From: Vicugna vicugna
Taxonomy: Eukaryota
DNA length: 64,000 nucleotides
Direction: 5' to 3'
Assembly: GCA_013265495.1 (NCBI GenBank)
Contig: MU058384.1
Span: 6,072,792 to 6,136,791, forward strand
Both the position numbers and the translations under genes were made by a program. Below, piece by piece: positions 53,270 to 64,000 of this stretch (positions are counted from its first letter, which is position 1; each line of letters starts with the position of its first letter). Below the pieces are notes generated by a model that was not told the DNA's origin, did no database searches, and saw nothing but the letters and a program-made list of their open reading frames with translations.

Positions 53270-55115
53270 ATACTTTGGTACGGCAGTGAGCAAGCTAGTC
53301 CCAACTTGAATGTAGCTTACATTTTAGCGGGAAGAGGCAGACAGGAAACAGTAAATAAAATATATCAGGTGGCACTAAGTATTGTGACAAATAGAAGAGG
53401 GTAAATGGAAAAAGAGCAACTAGAGGGCTGATCAGGGACAGCCGGTCTAATAAGGTGACACATGAAAGAAGCTTAAATGGAGGGAGAGAGAACCTTGTGC
53501 AGCTATCTGGGAGTAGAACGTGAGAGCACAGAGTGCAGCAAGTGCAAAGGTCCTGAGGGGCAGTGCACATGGTGTGTTTGAGGAGCAGAAGGAGACTAGC
53601 AGGGCAGCAGGTTGAGCAGGGGAGAGAGGAAGGGAGGTCAGAGAGTCGGTGTGGAAACAGACCACAGAAGACCATGGCCTTTGGCTTCTGTTGTGTTAGA
53701 AGTTTTAAAGAAGAGCAGTAACATAGTCTGATTTGCATTTTTAACTAATCACTTTGACTGCTATGTGGAGAAGAGATGGTAAGGGTGGATGGGTGAACGC
53801 AGGGAGACCAAGAAGGAGGCCTTTGCAATAGTCTAAGTGAGACATGATTAGAGCTCTGTCTAGGATGATGGGCATGACAAATGGTCAGGACTGGGACATA
53901 GTTTGATGGTAGAGCCATCAGAATTTGCTGATAAATTACCTGAGAAGCAGAGGAATCATGGAGGACTTTAGCCCTGATAACTTAGGTTGTCCTTTACTAA
54001 TGAGGAAGACTTGAGAGACATGGGTTTAGTGAGAAGTAGGGATATGGGGATAAATCATGAGTTGTGTTTATATTTCAAGTCCAAGATGCCCACTGAGAAG
54101 GAGAAAAGCAGCCCCTGGCATCTGGGAGCTGGCCTGGTCCTACCCTACAGGGCTTCGGTGTGTGTTCCTGGTGGTCTTTGGCTGGAGGGCTTTGACCCCC
54201 TGTAGCCATCCAAGTGTAATTATCAGAAGGCAATCGACTAGACCAGGGAGAAGGTCAAGGCTAAAGATGTAAATTTGGTATTCATCCATATGAAGTACTC
54301 AAAGCACTGGCTCTCTATGAAATCCCCAGGAAGTGGATGGAGAAAAGAGAGGTCAAAGGACTAATTCTGGGGTGACAGTTTTTGGAGGTTAAGAGGAAGA
54401 AGATGAGAAAGAGCCAGCAAAGGAAACTAAGAAAGAATGGTGACTGAAGTAAGAGAAAAACAGAGCAAGAAGAATTCATGAGAAGCCAAGTAAAGAAACG
54501 TATTTCCAGATCCAGAGTTGGGAACTATGTCAAAGGTAGGTGTTCAGGTAATCTGAGGATGGGGAAGGGACCATTTCATCTGGAATGTGGGGGTCCTCAG
54601 TGACCCAAGAAGCACCGTGTTGGTGGAGCACTTGGGATGAAAGCCGGCTTACAGTGGCTTCCAAAGGGAATGTGAAGAAAGGAAGGGGAGACAGTGAGTA
54701 TAAATAGCTCCTCTGAGGAGTTTTGCTGTAAAGGGAGGTGGGGAGAAATGGAGCAGTATCTGGAGAGGATATGGGGATATGCTGTAAAAGAAGGATTTTT
54801 TTGGATGGTGAATATAACATGTCTGTGTGCTGAGGGGAGGGACGCAATAGAGAGTGATTAGTTAATGATGCTGGAGGAAAGATACACTTGCGTGCGATTC
54901 AGGCACAAGTCCATCCGTCTGAGAGCAGAAGAGTGTGAGTGCAAACAAGGTGGCTGATGGATGAGCTGGTCCAAGCATGTGGGCATTTACCTCTCACCCT
55001 CTGACAGCTTTGGTGTGTTTTCCTGAGGGGAATGAAGGTCATCAGCTACATGAGAACAGGGAAGAGAGTACTGGAAATTTGAGAAGGCGAAAAAGGTTGT
55101 GAAATATATTCTAAG
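53270..55115 (-). mobile_element. Long L2 (L2a-like) segment
   Basis: gtgcaaaggtcctgagggg...gtgtttgaggagcag, atcactttgactgctatgtggagaa, agagccagcaaaggaaactaagaaag, gaagccaagtaaagaaa, ggagacagtgagtataaatagctc. Confidence 0.85.
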
Positions 55116-55507
55116 AGGGGGGAAGAGTCTTCCCACTGAGCTTCCTCCTCTTAATGCCTCCCGCTTTAACAAAAAGGAAACTCAGATAGACATAGATGAC
55201 CATATCACCAGCAGTCTTTAAAATAAAATTTCATATGCATATATACGTATGTATAATTTTGAAAACTTTCTAGTATATGGTGTGTATACATATATAAATA
55301 TAAATACAAATACAGGTTTTATTAAACATGGTGCTCATTAATTTGAAAAAAAAATGTTGAACTCAAAAAATACCCCTCAAAAATTTTTGAAAGATGAATT
55401 ACATTTTTGGTGAGGCATCTATTTTTGTGCATCGATATTTAGATTTTATAATTGACTACTTTCTTTTACTTTTACCCAGAGACGTTTGAAAGTGGCATCG
55501 TTTAGAC

Positions 55508-56145
55508 CAGTGGTTCAAAAGTTTGAGCATGCTTCAGACTGACTTGGAGGACTTGTCAGAACACAGATGGTTAAGCTGCCCTCCCAGATATCTTGACTTA
55601 GTATGGCTGGGGTTGGGCCTGCGAATCTGCATTTTTTCATTTCTTTTTATTGAAGTGTAGTCGATTCACAATGTTAGTTTCAGGTGTATAGCAAAGAGAT
55701 TCAGTTATACATATACATATCAACACCTATATTTTTTCAGTTCTTTTCCATTATGGCTCGTTACAGGAAATTGACTATAGCTCCCTGTGCTACACAGTAA
55801 ATCCTTGTTGTTTAGCTGTTTTATATATAGTGATGCGTATCTGTTAATCCCAACTCCTAATCTATCCCTCCAGCCCCTTTTCCCCTCTGGTAACCATAGT
55901 TTGTTTTCTATATCCGTGAGTCTGTTTCTGGCTTTGTAAGTAAAATTTGTATCTTTTTTTAGATTCTATTTATAAGCGACATCGTATGATATTTATCTTT
56001 CGCTGACTTACTTCACTTAACATGATAATCTCTAGGTCCATCCATGTTGTTGCAAATGATGTTATTTCAGAGAATCTGCATTTCCAACAAGTTCCCATCT
56101 GATGCTGATGCCGCGGGACCAGAGACCACACTTTGTGAACTGCTG
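55508..56145. mobile_element. hAT-Charlie MITE (MER5A) split by an L1
   Basis: cagtggttc...ggggttgggcctgcgaatctgcattt | gaatctgcatttccaacaagttccc...gaccacactttgtgaactgctg; 8-bp TSD gtttagac / atttagag. Confidence 0.85.
55635..56069 (-). mobile_element. Camelid-type L1 3' end inserted in MER5A
   Basis: ttttattgaagtgtagtcgattcacaatgttag...ccctgtgctacacagtaaatccttgttg...gacttacttcacttaacatgataatctctaggtcc; TSD gaatctgcattt (55623, 56072). Confidence 0.9.
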
Positions 56146-56260
56146 ATTTAGAGTCACAGGATCTTGTTGGTCTTACTTTGTGTAAAAAAGCAAAAGGGAT
56201 CTGCGGAGAGAGAGATTAGGAGGGTGCCTAAACAGGAAACAGGAGAGAAAAATAACTTAC

Positions 56261-56352
56261 TTGTAGTGACCTGGATGGGACACCCAGGTTCCGAAGAGCC
56301 TTCAGTCTGCATTTCTTGTTTTATTCTCCAGCCACTGTACTTGCTATCATTC
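56261..56352 (-). other. Candidate exon (92 nt; alternative acceptor at 56400)
   Basis: Minus strand atttcttccag|GAATGA...CTACAA|gtaagt; lies in the open frame of ORF 56154-56399. Confidence 0.25.
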
Positions 56353-57199
56353 CTGGAAGAAATCTCAGAGTAGACCCCTGAGCCAAAATAAAGTTTCATT
56401 CTAGGAAAACACTAAATTCTCATTGATAATAAGAACCTTTTCTCTCTCTATTTCCAACGTAGCTTCTAGCATTTCTGAACATACAGACTGAAACAGAAAA
56501 CGCTGTACCGACAGAGAAACGAGCCATTGTTTCAGCACCTAACACCAGCTGCCATCTTGTATGTGACCCGGAAATCCAGTTTTCTTACAGAGACACAGGC
56601 TGTGGCCTTAAATTCCCTCACCATCTACTCTTCTCTCCTCACTCTTGCTTGCCAGCTGAGGCTTCAGAGCTGTCCAAACCCATTTGTCAGGAGTCCGTGC
56701 AGTAAATATGCCACTGATCCCAGCCCATTAGAAGAGCTTCTGCCAAAAGAGCATCAGCACCGCAACTCTTAGGCATTTTATTTACTTTCTGCTCCCTCTG
56801 CCTCTTTCTGTTTTGTTTAGAGTCAAGTATACAGTTCTCACATAATAAATGTTGACTAATAACTTGACCAATGCCTGCCATAATACAAATGGGGATGTTT
56901 TGCAATTTCAACAGAGAAAGTAAAAACTGAACAAGGGAGGCTATTTCACAGACAATATCAAGTTTCTCTACTGTAGATCATAAGGTAGCTCATTTCATAA
57001 ATTTCTTACATGACAAAAAATTTGAAAGATAACAATACACGTTCATTGTATTTATCAAAGCAAAAAGACCAGTATTAAAGCACTTATAATACCATCACCT
57101 ATAAACAGACTCAGCTGTGGTTTTGGCAGCTTGTCTCTCCAACAGAGGTGCACACACGTGCTTTGACACGCACGTGCACATATGCACAAAAAAACGCAT

Positions 57200-57810
57200 C
57201 TGTGATAAAACCACACATGCTTTCTCGTGACCTGCTTTTTGTTTTTTACTTAATTTATTGTGAACAACTTTTCAGATTTTAAGCAAAACAGGGTCATTTT
57301 CAGTTTGCTGCATAAGTATTCTTTCATCTGAAGGCACCACTGTTTATGTGTTATTGAACCAGTCGCTCTCTTTCTGGATATTTCCCTCTGCTTTCTTACT
57401 TTTACAATAATGCCGCACTTAACCATGCTGTAGTTAAACTGTTAAGTCCATCTTTGTGAGTTGTTTTACGATAAAGTCCTAGAACTATCGTCTTAAAGGT
57501 GTTAACGCAATTTTACCAAATGGCCTTCCAAGAATCTTTTACAAGTTTGTTTTCTACAACAATAAGACTGCCCATTTCTCTAATACTTCTGTAAACTATA
57601 TCATCCATTTTCTAAACACGTTTGTTTTAATTCCCATTTCTTTCTCAGCTAAGTGACACTACGTTTTTTTCATTAAATATTTATTGATTATTCACATTTT
57701 TCTTTTGTAATTTCTTACTTTTTTTTGAATTTTTTTCCTACTTTGAATACATACTTTTTTATATATTAATAATATTTGTTTGTTTTATACGTTGCCATGT
57801 TTTCATGAAA
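57200..57810 (-). mobile_element. Old L1ME fragment
   Basis: gacctgctttttgttttttacttaat...taaagtcctagaa...ttttaccaaatggccttccaa. Confidence 0.5.
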
Positions 57811-57829
57811 AATCAGTCTTCTTTATCAG

Positions 57830-58025
57830 AGATGGTGAAATAGAGGTTGAGAGCTCCAGTTTTGAAGCCACACAGACCCAAGGTTCAAAAACTGCTTCTG
57901 CTGTGAACTAGCTGACATTTGGTGAAACTGGGAGAAGGCAATCATACGTAACTCACAAGATTATTGTTGGTATTTAATAATTCCTGCAGAGCACCTTGCA
58001 TGCTTGGTAGGTAGCAAAGGACAAA
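57830..58025 (+). mobile_element. MIR fragment
   Basis: ggttgagagctccagttttgaagccacacagacccaaggttcaaa...gcaccttgcatgcttggtagg. Confidence 0.55.
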
Positions 58026-59295
58026 TAATTTTTTTCCGAAGTTATTTCCAGATTTCAAGTATCTTAAATGCAGATAGATCAATTCATTTTGCCATGCCAT
58101 TGCACAGATTGTTGAACAAAGTAATGGTCGTTCATCCTACTGTTGGGGATTACAAAACAAAGTGAACTGGAGCATATTTTAAGGAATGTCATATGGCGGG
58201 TAGTATATTTTGGGGATAAACTGCAGCAGGAGCATGGAGTAGTAGCTTCTTTGGTGACAAAATGTACAACAGTAAGGATACCATGATTTTATCCTTGTAA
58301 GCACCATATTCTTTCTTAAGGGTTTCATCCATGTTGAGGCTATATCAATTCTCTATCTATCTATCTATCCATCTAGTATTCTAAAATCTCTCTCTCAATT
58401 TGCAAATACTTAGTGTTAGTGCCCTAATAGTATATAGAGATATAATAGATTTTTCTTCTTTCACTGAGTATGCAAGCTAATAAATGTATGGTTGATATTG
58501 CTTAAAAGAATAGAGAAATCAAAGCAAATGAACTTACACGAGATCAATTAGTAGCCATGAAGCATGAAGTGATAGAAAGAGTCCACAAAGGTTTACTGTG
58601 CTGGACAAGACAATAGAAAGTGACGAGAGAGTCAAAGGTTATTTAATTCATTACTTGACATTGATTAAGACCAGACTCTATTTAAGACACTTGACTGGGT
58701 CCTGATGGAGTATAAAGATGACCAAAAATAGGCACGTATGCCCAAAGCCAATAAAACATTTTATAAATTGAAAAATATTTTATCATAAAGTGTGTTGACT
58801 GATCTTTACAGTATCCTTGCAACTTAAGTAGGGCAGGTATTATTAGGCACATGCTGCAGAAAAGTAAAAAAGTGAACTGAGGCTCAGAGAGGATTTTCCT
58901 AAATCATGTAACTTAGTATCCAAATTCCAAAACTCAGACCTTATCTTTTAATCCAATGCTTATTCAGCTGCACTTCGCTAATCCCCTAGGGCCGTAGGTA
59001 TTTTGGTTAAAACAAATTAATGTGGATGACAACTGAATTAAAGAATTCCTCATTACAGGTTGTATTTGTTTAAATCAGATAATGGTGATACGAGGGCAAG
59101 GTGGAAAAGTCTTTTCTGTATCTTTTAACACTTCTGTTCATGTTTCAGGGTGAAAACTGCTTTAACTTTTGTCAGTCACTATGACTGGATGGCCTGCTCC
59201 TATTGCCTTTCTCAATAGTTCCTGTCATTGCAGAGGAAATCTTTGAAAAATGATAGAGTAAGCACCAGCAGAGGAGAGTGCTTAGTTTGCCTTAC

Positions 59296-59423
59296 CTGTG
59301 CTTCCCTCTGGAAGTCAGTAAAGACCCAAGACAAAGCACCTGTGTGTCCCAAGACTTAAGAAGCCATGAGATACAGGCTGTGTCTGCCGGATACAGAAGT
59401 TTATGCCGATTGGAGCTGGACTC
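59296..59423 (-). other. Candidate internal exon (128 nt)
   Basis: Strong acceptor ttttctgttttttctatttcttttttactcag|GAG and donor CAG|gtaagg in non-repeat DNA; one frame open. Confidence 0.4.
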
Positions 59424-59683
59424 CTGAGTAAAAAAGAAATAGAAAAAACAGAAAATCCAATAGGGAGAAGAATTCTGGTACCCAAAAGAAAAAGTTTCTC
59501 ACGGATGAAAAAGTACCACAGGGGAAGAGGAAAGGGAAGTTTGCAAAACGTTCTTGCCTCCAAGTAATTTGTAATGGGCTGCAAGCAAGACGATGTTGCT
59601 ATGGGAAGGATTAATGGACCTTGCCCAGCTTTTCATTTGTGTTGAGCATAATGTCGGGGTTAGTTTACCAAAATTAACATAAA

Positions 59684-59684
59684 T

Positions 59685-59742
<58 letters not shown>
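59684..59742. repeat. (TTTA)n microsatellite
   Basis: About 14 consecutive TTTA units. Confidence 0.95.
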
Positions 59743-59744
<2 letters not shown>

Positions 59745-60330
59745 ACATTGGAGTTTTAGGTAATTTTAAAGATTTTTTTATTAAAACATTTAATAAAGAT
59801 GAATTGGAAATTGTAGAAGATTTCATTTGTACTTTTTGCCTAGCTCATGTTGATGGCTTTTTTTAAGAAAGCCTCTCTGCAGCCATGGGGTCCCTACAAC
59901 CATGTTTTTGGATATGCCTCTGTTCTTCTGGCTACAGTGAATTAAACACAGGTATATACATATTTCTGAGTGTGGGCCAGGAAATCTTCACAATCAGCCT
60001 TTCCAGGGAATTTAGAATTGTAATACAGTGGTGATTGCTTTTTCTCGGGATATGAGTAAAATGAGGGTTTTGGAATTAGGAGATATTGAGCAATCATCTA
60101 CACACCTGAGTGCAGATAGAGAGATGTTCAGAGAGGAGCAGAAAACAACAGATGGGCCAGCCTATGGTTTTCAGAGTCATAGTACTACATCAACTCTAGT
60201 ATAGGAATGGCTGGAAGTAATACAATATGTTAAATATTATTAGATAGAACGTAAGAAGGAAAAGCCAAAGAACTCTGAAAAGAGAAGAGATGATTGGCTA
60301 AATGAGAATGACAGCAGTAAAAACATCTTT

Positions 60331-60753
60331 TTTTTATTAAAGTATAGTTGATTTATAATATTACATTATTTTCAGGTATACAGCAAAATGATTCAATATT
60401 TTAATGGATTATATGCCATTTTACTTATTATAAAAGAATGGCTATACTTCCCTGGGCTGTATAATATATCCTTGTTGCTTATTTATTTTGTACATAGTAA
60501 TTTTTATCTCTTAGTCCCCTACCCCTATCTCACCCCTCCCCTATGGGTAACCACTAGTTTGTTCTTTATATCTGTGAGTCTGTTTTGTTATATTCATTTG
60601 CTTGTTTTAGTCTTTAGGTTGAACATATAAGTGATAACATACAGTATTTGTCTTTCTCTGTCTGACTTATTTCACTAAGTATAATATCCTCCAGTTTCAT
60701 CCACATTGTTACAAATGGCAAAATTTCATTCTTTTTAATGGCCAAGTAATATT

Positions 60754-60795
<42 letters not shown>

Positions 60796-60900
60796 ACATC
60801 TTCTTTATCTATTCAACTGTTGATGGACACTTAGATTGCTTCCATGTCCTGGCTGTTGTAAATAATGATTCTATTAACATTGGGGTGCATGTACCTTTTC
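60331..60900 (-). mobile_element. Cetartiodactyl L1 3' end with internal (GT)n
   Basis: polyT-attaaagtatagttgatttataatatt...tgtctgacttatttcactaag...aacattggggtgcatgtacctttt. Confidence 0.9.
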
Positions 60901-61800
60901 CCTGAATAGACATTTTTCCAGAGAAGATATACAGATGGCCAACAGGTATACAAAAAGATGCTCAACATCACTAAACATCAGAGAAATGAAAATCAAAACC
61001 ACAATAAGACATCACCTCACACTTGTCACAATGTCTATCATCAAAAAGAACACAAATAACAAATGTTGGAGAGGATGTAAGAAAAGGTAACCCTTGTACA
61101 CTGTTAGAAGGAATGTAAATTGGTGCATCCACCATGGAAAATAGTATGTGGTTTCTCAAAAAACTAAAAATAGAACTACTATATGACCCAGAGATTCCAC
61201 TCCTGGGTATATATCCAAAAAAAACAAAAACACTAATTCTAAAAGATACATGCACCCCAATATTCATAGTAATATTATTTATAATAATTTGCCAATATGT
61301 AGAAACAGCCTAGGTATCCATCAACAGATGAATGGTAAAGACGATAAAGATATATATATATGATGGAATACTACTCAACCACAAAAAGAATGAAATTTTG
61401 CCATTTGTAGCAATATGGATTGATTTGGAGGGTATTATGCTAAGTGAAATAAATCAGACAGAGAAAGACAAATACTGTATGATAATACTAGTGTGTGGAA
61501 TCTAAAAAATTCAACAAACTAGTGAACATAATAAAAAAAGAAGTAGACAAAGTTATAGAGAACAAATTCGTGGTTACCAGTGGAGAGAGGGAAACAGGGA
61601 GGAGCAAACTAGGAGTAGGAGATTAAAATGTACAAACTACTATGTATAAAATAAGCTACAGGGACATATTGCACAGCACAGGGAACATAGCAAATATTTT
61701 ATAGTAACTATAAATGGAGTATAATCTTTCAAACTTGTGAATCACTGTATTGTACACCTGTAATTTATAATATTATACATAAACTATACTCAATAAGAAT
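60901..61800 (+). mobile_element. Cetartiodactyl L1 ORF2 C-terminus and 3'UTR
   Basis: 60902 reads [34 protein letters not shown] (L1 ORF2); 3'UTR runs to aactatactcaataa. Confidence 0.9.
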
Positions 61801-61811
61801 AAAATATCTTT

Positions 61812-62390
61812 ATCTTTCATAAATACATGCTAAAATTTTTATGGATTGAATAGGAGAAATCAGTAAACTGGAGCAAAACTAACATCAGGCATAAACGTGA
61901 AAATCTCTACTAAATCAGGAAAAAAATAAAGATGCCCCTTTTGCTAGTATCATTTAACATTGTTTTGGAAGTGCTAGGTAATCGCTTAGGCAGGAGAACT
62001 AGATAAGGAGTATCATAATTACAACAGAGAAAGCAATGTTACTATCAATTACAAAAAATATCTATAGAGCACAAACTAAAAACCTGCCAGAAATAATCAA
62101 AAAATCATTGGGAATACAAGTCATAATAGTAATGTAAAAAGCATTAACTTTCCCTCTTATATACAACAGAAAGCTATGGTGTATAACAAATTGGCAAGAT
62201 CGCATTCAAAATGGCAAAAACAATGCAGCAACCATAGCATATATGCAACAAGAAATATGAAAGACTTTATGAAGAAATTTTTGAAACTTTCATGAAGCAC
62301 CTGAAAAACAACTAGAAAAAATGGATCTTACAAAGATATCCATTCTCTAAGTTCATCTGTAGATTTTGGGCATTCTCAAACAAAGGTCAA
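61812..62390 (+). mobile_element. Old L1M ORF2 (RT region) remnant
   Basis: aaatcaggaaaaaaataaagatgccccttttg...atttaacattgttttggaagtgctag corresponds to the degenerate SG.RQGCPL...FNIVLEVLA motif. Confidence 0.65.
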
Positions 62391-62534
62391 TATGACTTGG
62401 GGTGGAGAACAAGTTTGAAAAAAAGATCTAAATTTGTTTCTACTAGTCAACAGGTAAATATAACCAGGGAAAATGTTGGTTTGTAAATCCTACTTTGCCA
62501 ATCTCCTAGTTTTTGAGGATGAAAGAGAGCAGAA

Positions 62535-62635
62535 GACGTCCCTGGATGTCCACCCGTACGTAGCAGGGTCGCTGACGGGGGCTTTGGCTCCGGCGGCCCC
62601 ACTGGGCCCGGCCAAGCAGGAGAGGACAACGCCAG
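62535..62635. promoter_or_regulatory. Small GC/CpG-rich patch
   Basis: 9 CpG in about 100 bp against a CpG-depleted background; no repeat recognised. Confidence 0.35.
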
Positions 62636-64000
62636 CAGCTGTGAGCCCTCACACAACATCTCACTTAAAATGTCATGTGTGCTACTTGGTTTAAATTGTC
62701 ACCCCTCCAGCAACCACAAACAATGCAGACGCAGCAGATGTGTTTTCTATTTAGAATTAAACAGTTTATCTCAACCACTGTCATTGTTATAGAGAAAAAA
62801 TAAATAAATATCCATCTTAATGTAAACTTCAAAAGGTACTTTCTGGCAACGGGTGATATTTTCAAATCCAAAGTCCTCTGAGAAAACTAGGATTTGACCA
62901 CAGACTTTTTTTCAAATTGGGATGCTGGCAGCTCCAAGAGTAGTAAAACACAGCCTGGTCAAAAGATTTCTGGCCAGATATTACATACAATAACTCATGT
63001 CATTGATGCTTAATGGTCCAAAACATTAAGTAAACATCATAAATGTCTTTTGTTATTAAATGTTCCATTCAAACATTTTGTTTAACTCTCGGGTAATGGA
63101 TAGAAAATAAGAAAGCTGTGGTAAAGACTGGCCCTCGTGACAATCTCTTATTCACCTTTCAAAGATTTTTTTTTTAAATGTAAGTCACCCTCAAAGTAAC
63201 GGAAAGAAACTAGCACTTCTATCCTATGGTATATGCATTCTATCTCTGGAAGTTAGGCTACTTGTAAGCTTGACTTTGTTAGGTCAAGTTCAAATTACCA
63301 CCCATGTATTCAGAAGACTATAACTTTGTTCTCTCTAAAGTTGGGAAGTCAGCCTTCCTCTGTGATAACTAAAGTAGAAATATGGGTGTTTTCTTAATGT
63401 GAGGTTACAAAGACAGGAAAAATGCTACTTTTCAAAGATCATTTTGCAAGAATAACAATTGCTGTAGTAAAAGGAAAACCAAAATTGGTTTGTTGGGAAA
63501 AAAAAAAAAGACCTATCAAGACAGTAATCACCTAGTACACTCCGCTCCAGTCCACATATTTCGACATAAATGCATTTGTGTTTCCATAATCTGAAAGTTC
63601 CATTTAGTCATTAAAACATGACTCATTTTATCCTGGATCTAACCTTAGCTTTTCTCTTGTAGTGTTGTTGTTGTTGTTTTTAAATCTGTAGTTAAACATC
63701 AGTGAAAAGCCCTGCAATGACATTTCACTTGTATTTTTCCATGGAGCTGCTTTTCTTCCAATTTCAATGAAGACAGTTGTTCAGCTCCCCTACTTGGATT
63801 ATATGCTCTCATAAGTGCAAAATGCTGACAGAGTTGTGTTTCTGGTTCTATTAGGGAGGAGAACATCCAAAGACCACAAACCAAATGGCCTTCCATTTCT
63901 ACTGTGTAATTTTTATGCAAAGAAAATCTAAAATCACATTTGTTATGTTGCATCCCATCTCAGTTGATTCTCACTGTATGGTTTACACCATATGCAGGAA

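Noticed and set aside
52724..53738. The two longest ORFs (168 and 147 aa)
   Set aside because: They overlap MIR/L2 sequence, have no recognisable domain and no convincing splice context
1..64000. CRISPR arrays, operons or other prokaryotic/viral systems
   Set aside because: Mammalian repeat landscape; no regularly spaced repeats, no long ORFs, no intact viral genes

Overview
Mammalian, CpG-depleted, repeat-rich non-coding DNA. A Vic-1-type tRNA-derived SINE and the L1 3' termini point to a camelid (camel/alpaca/llama). I recognise no protein-coding gene, rRNA, genuine tRNA or CRISPR array; the listed ORFs are short chance ORFs or repeat-derived. The window is a mosaic of L1 (old L1M and younger cetartiodactyl/camelid 3' ends), L2, MIR, ERVL/MaLR LTRs, two ERVL provirus remnants (one with readable integrase/dUTPase motifs), hAT and Tigger MITEs and microsatellites, separated by repeat-poor islands that may be regulatory. 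It is most likely intergenic or deep intronic. The most unusual structures are a head-to-head pair of L1 3' ends inside what looks like one target-site duplication, a twin-primed L1, ultra-short L1 insertions, a fold-back MER2-like MITE, and a speculative minus-strand three-exon chain with a continuous open frame. I found no convincing novel biological system. Repeat family names come from recalled consensus sequences, not a database search, and many boundaries are approximate.
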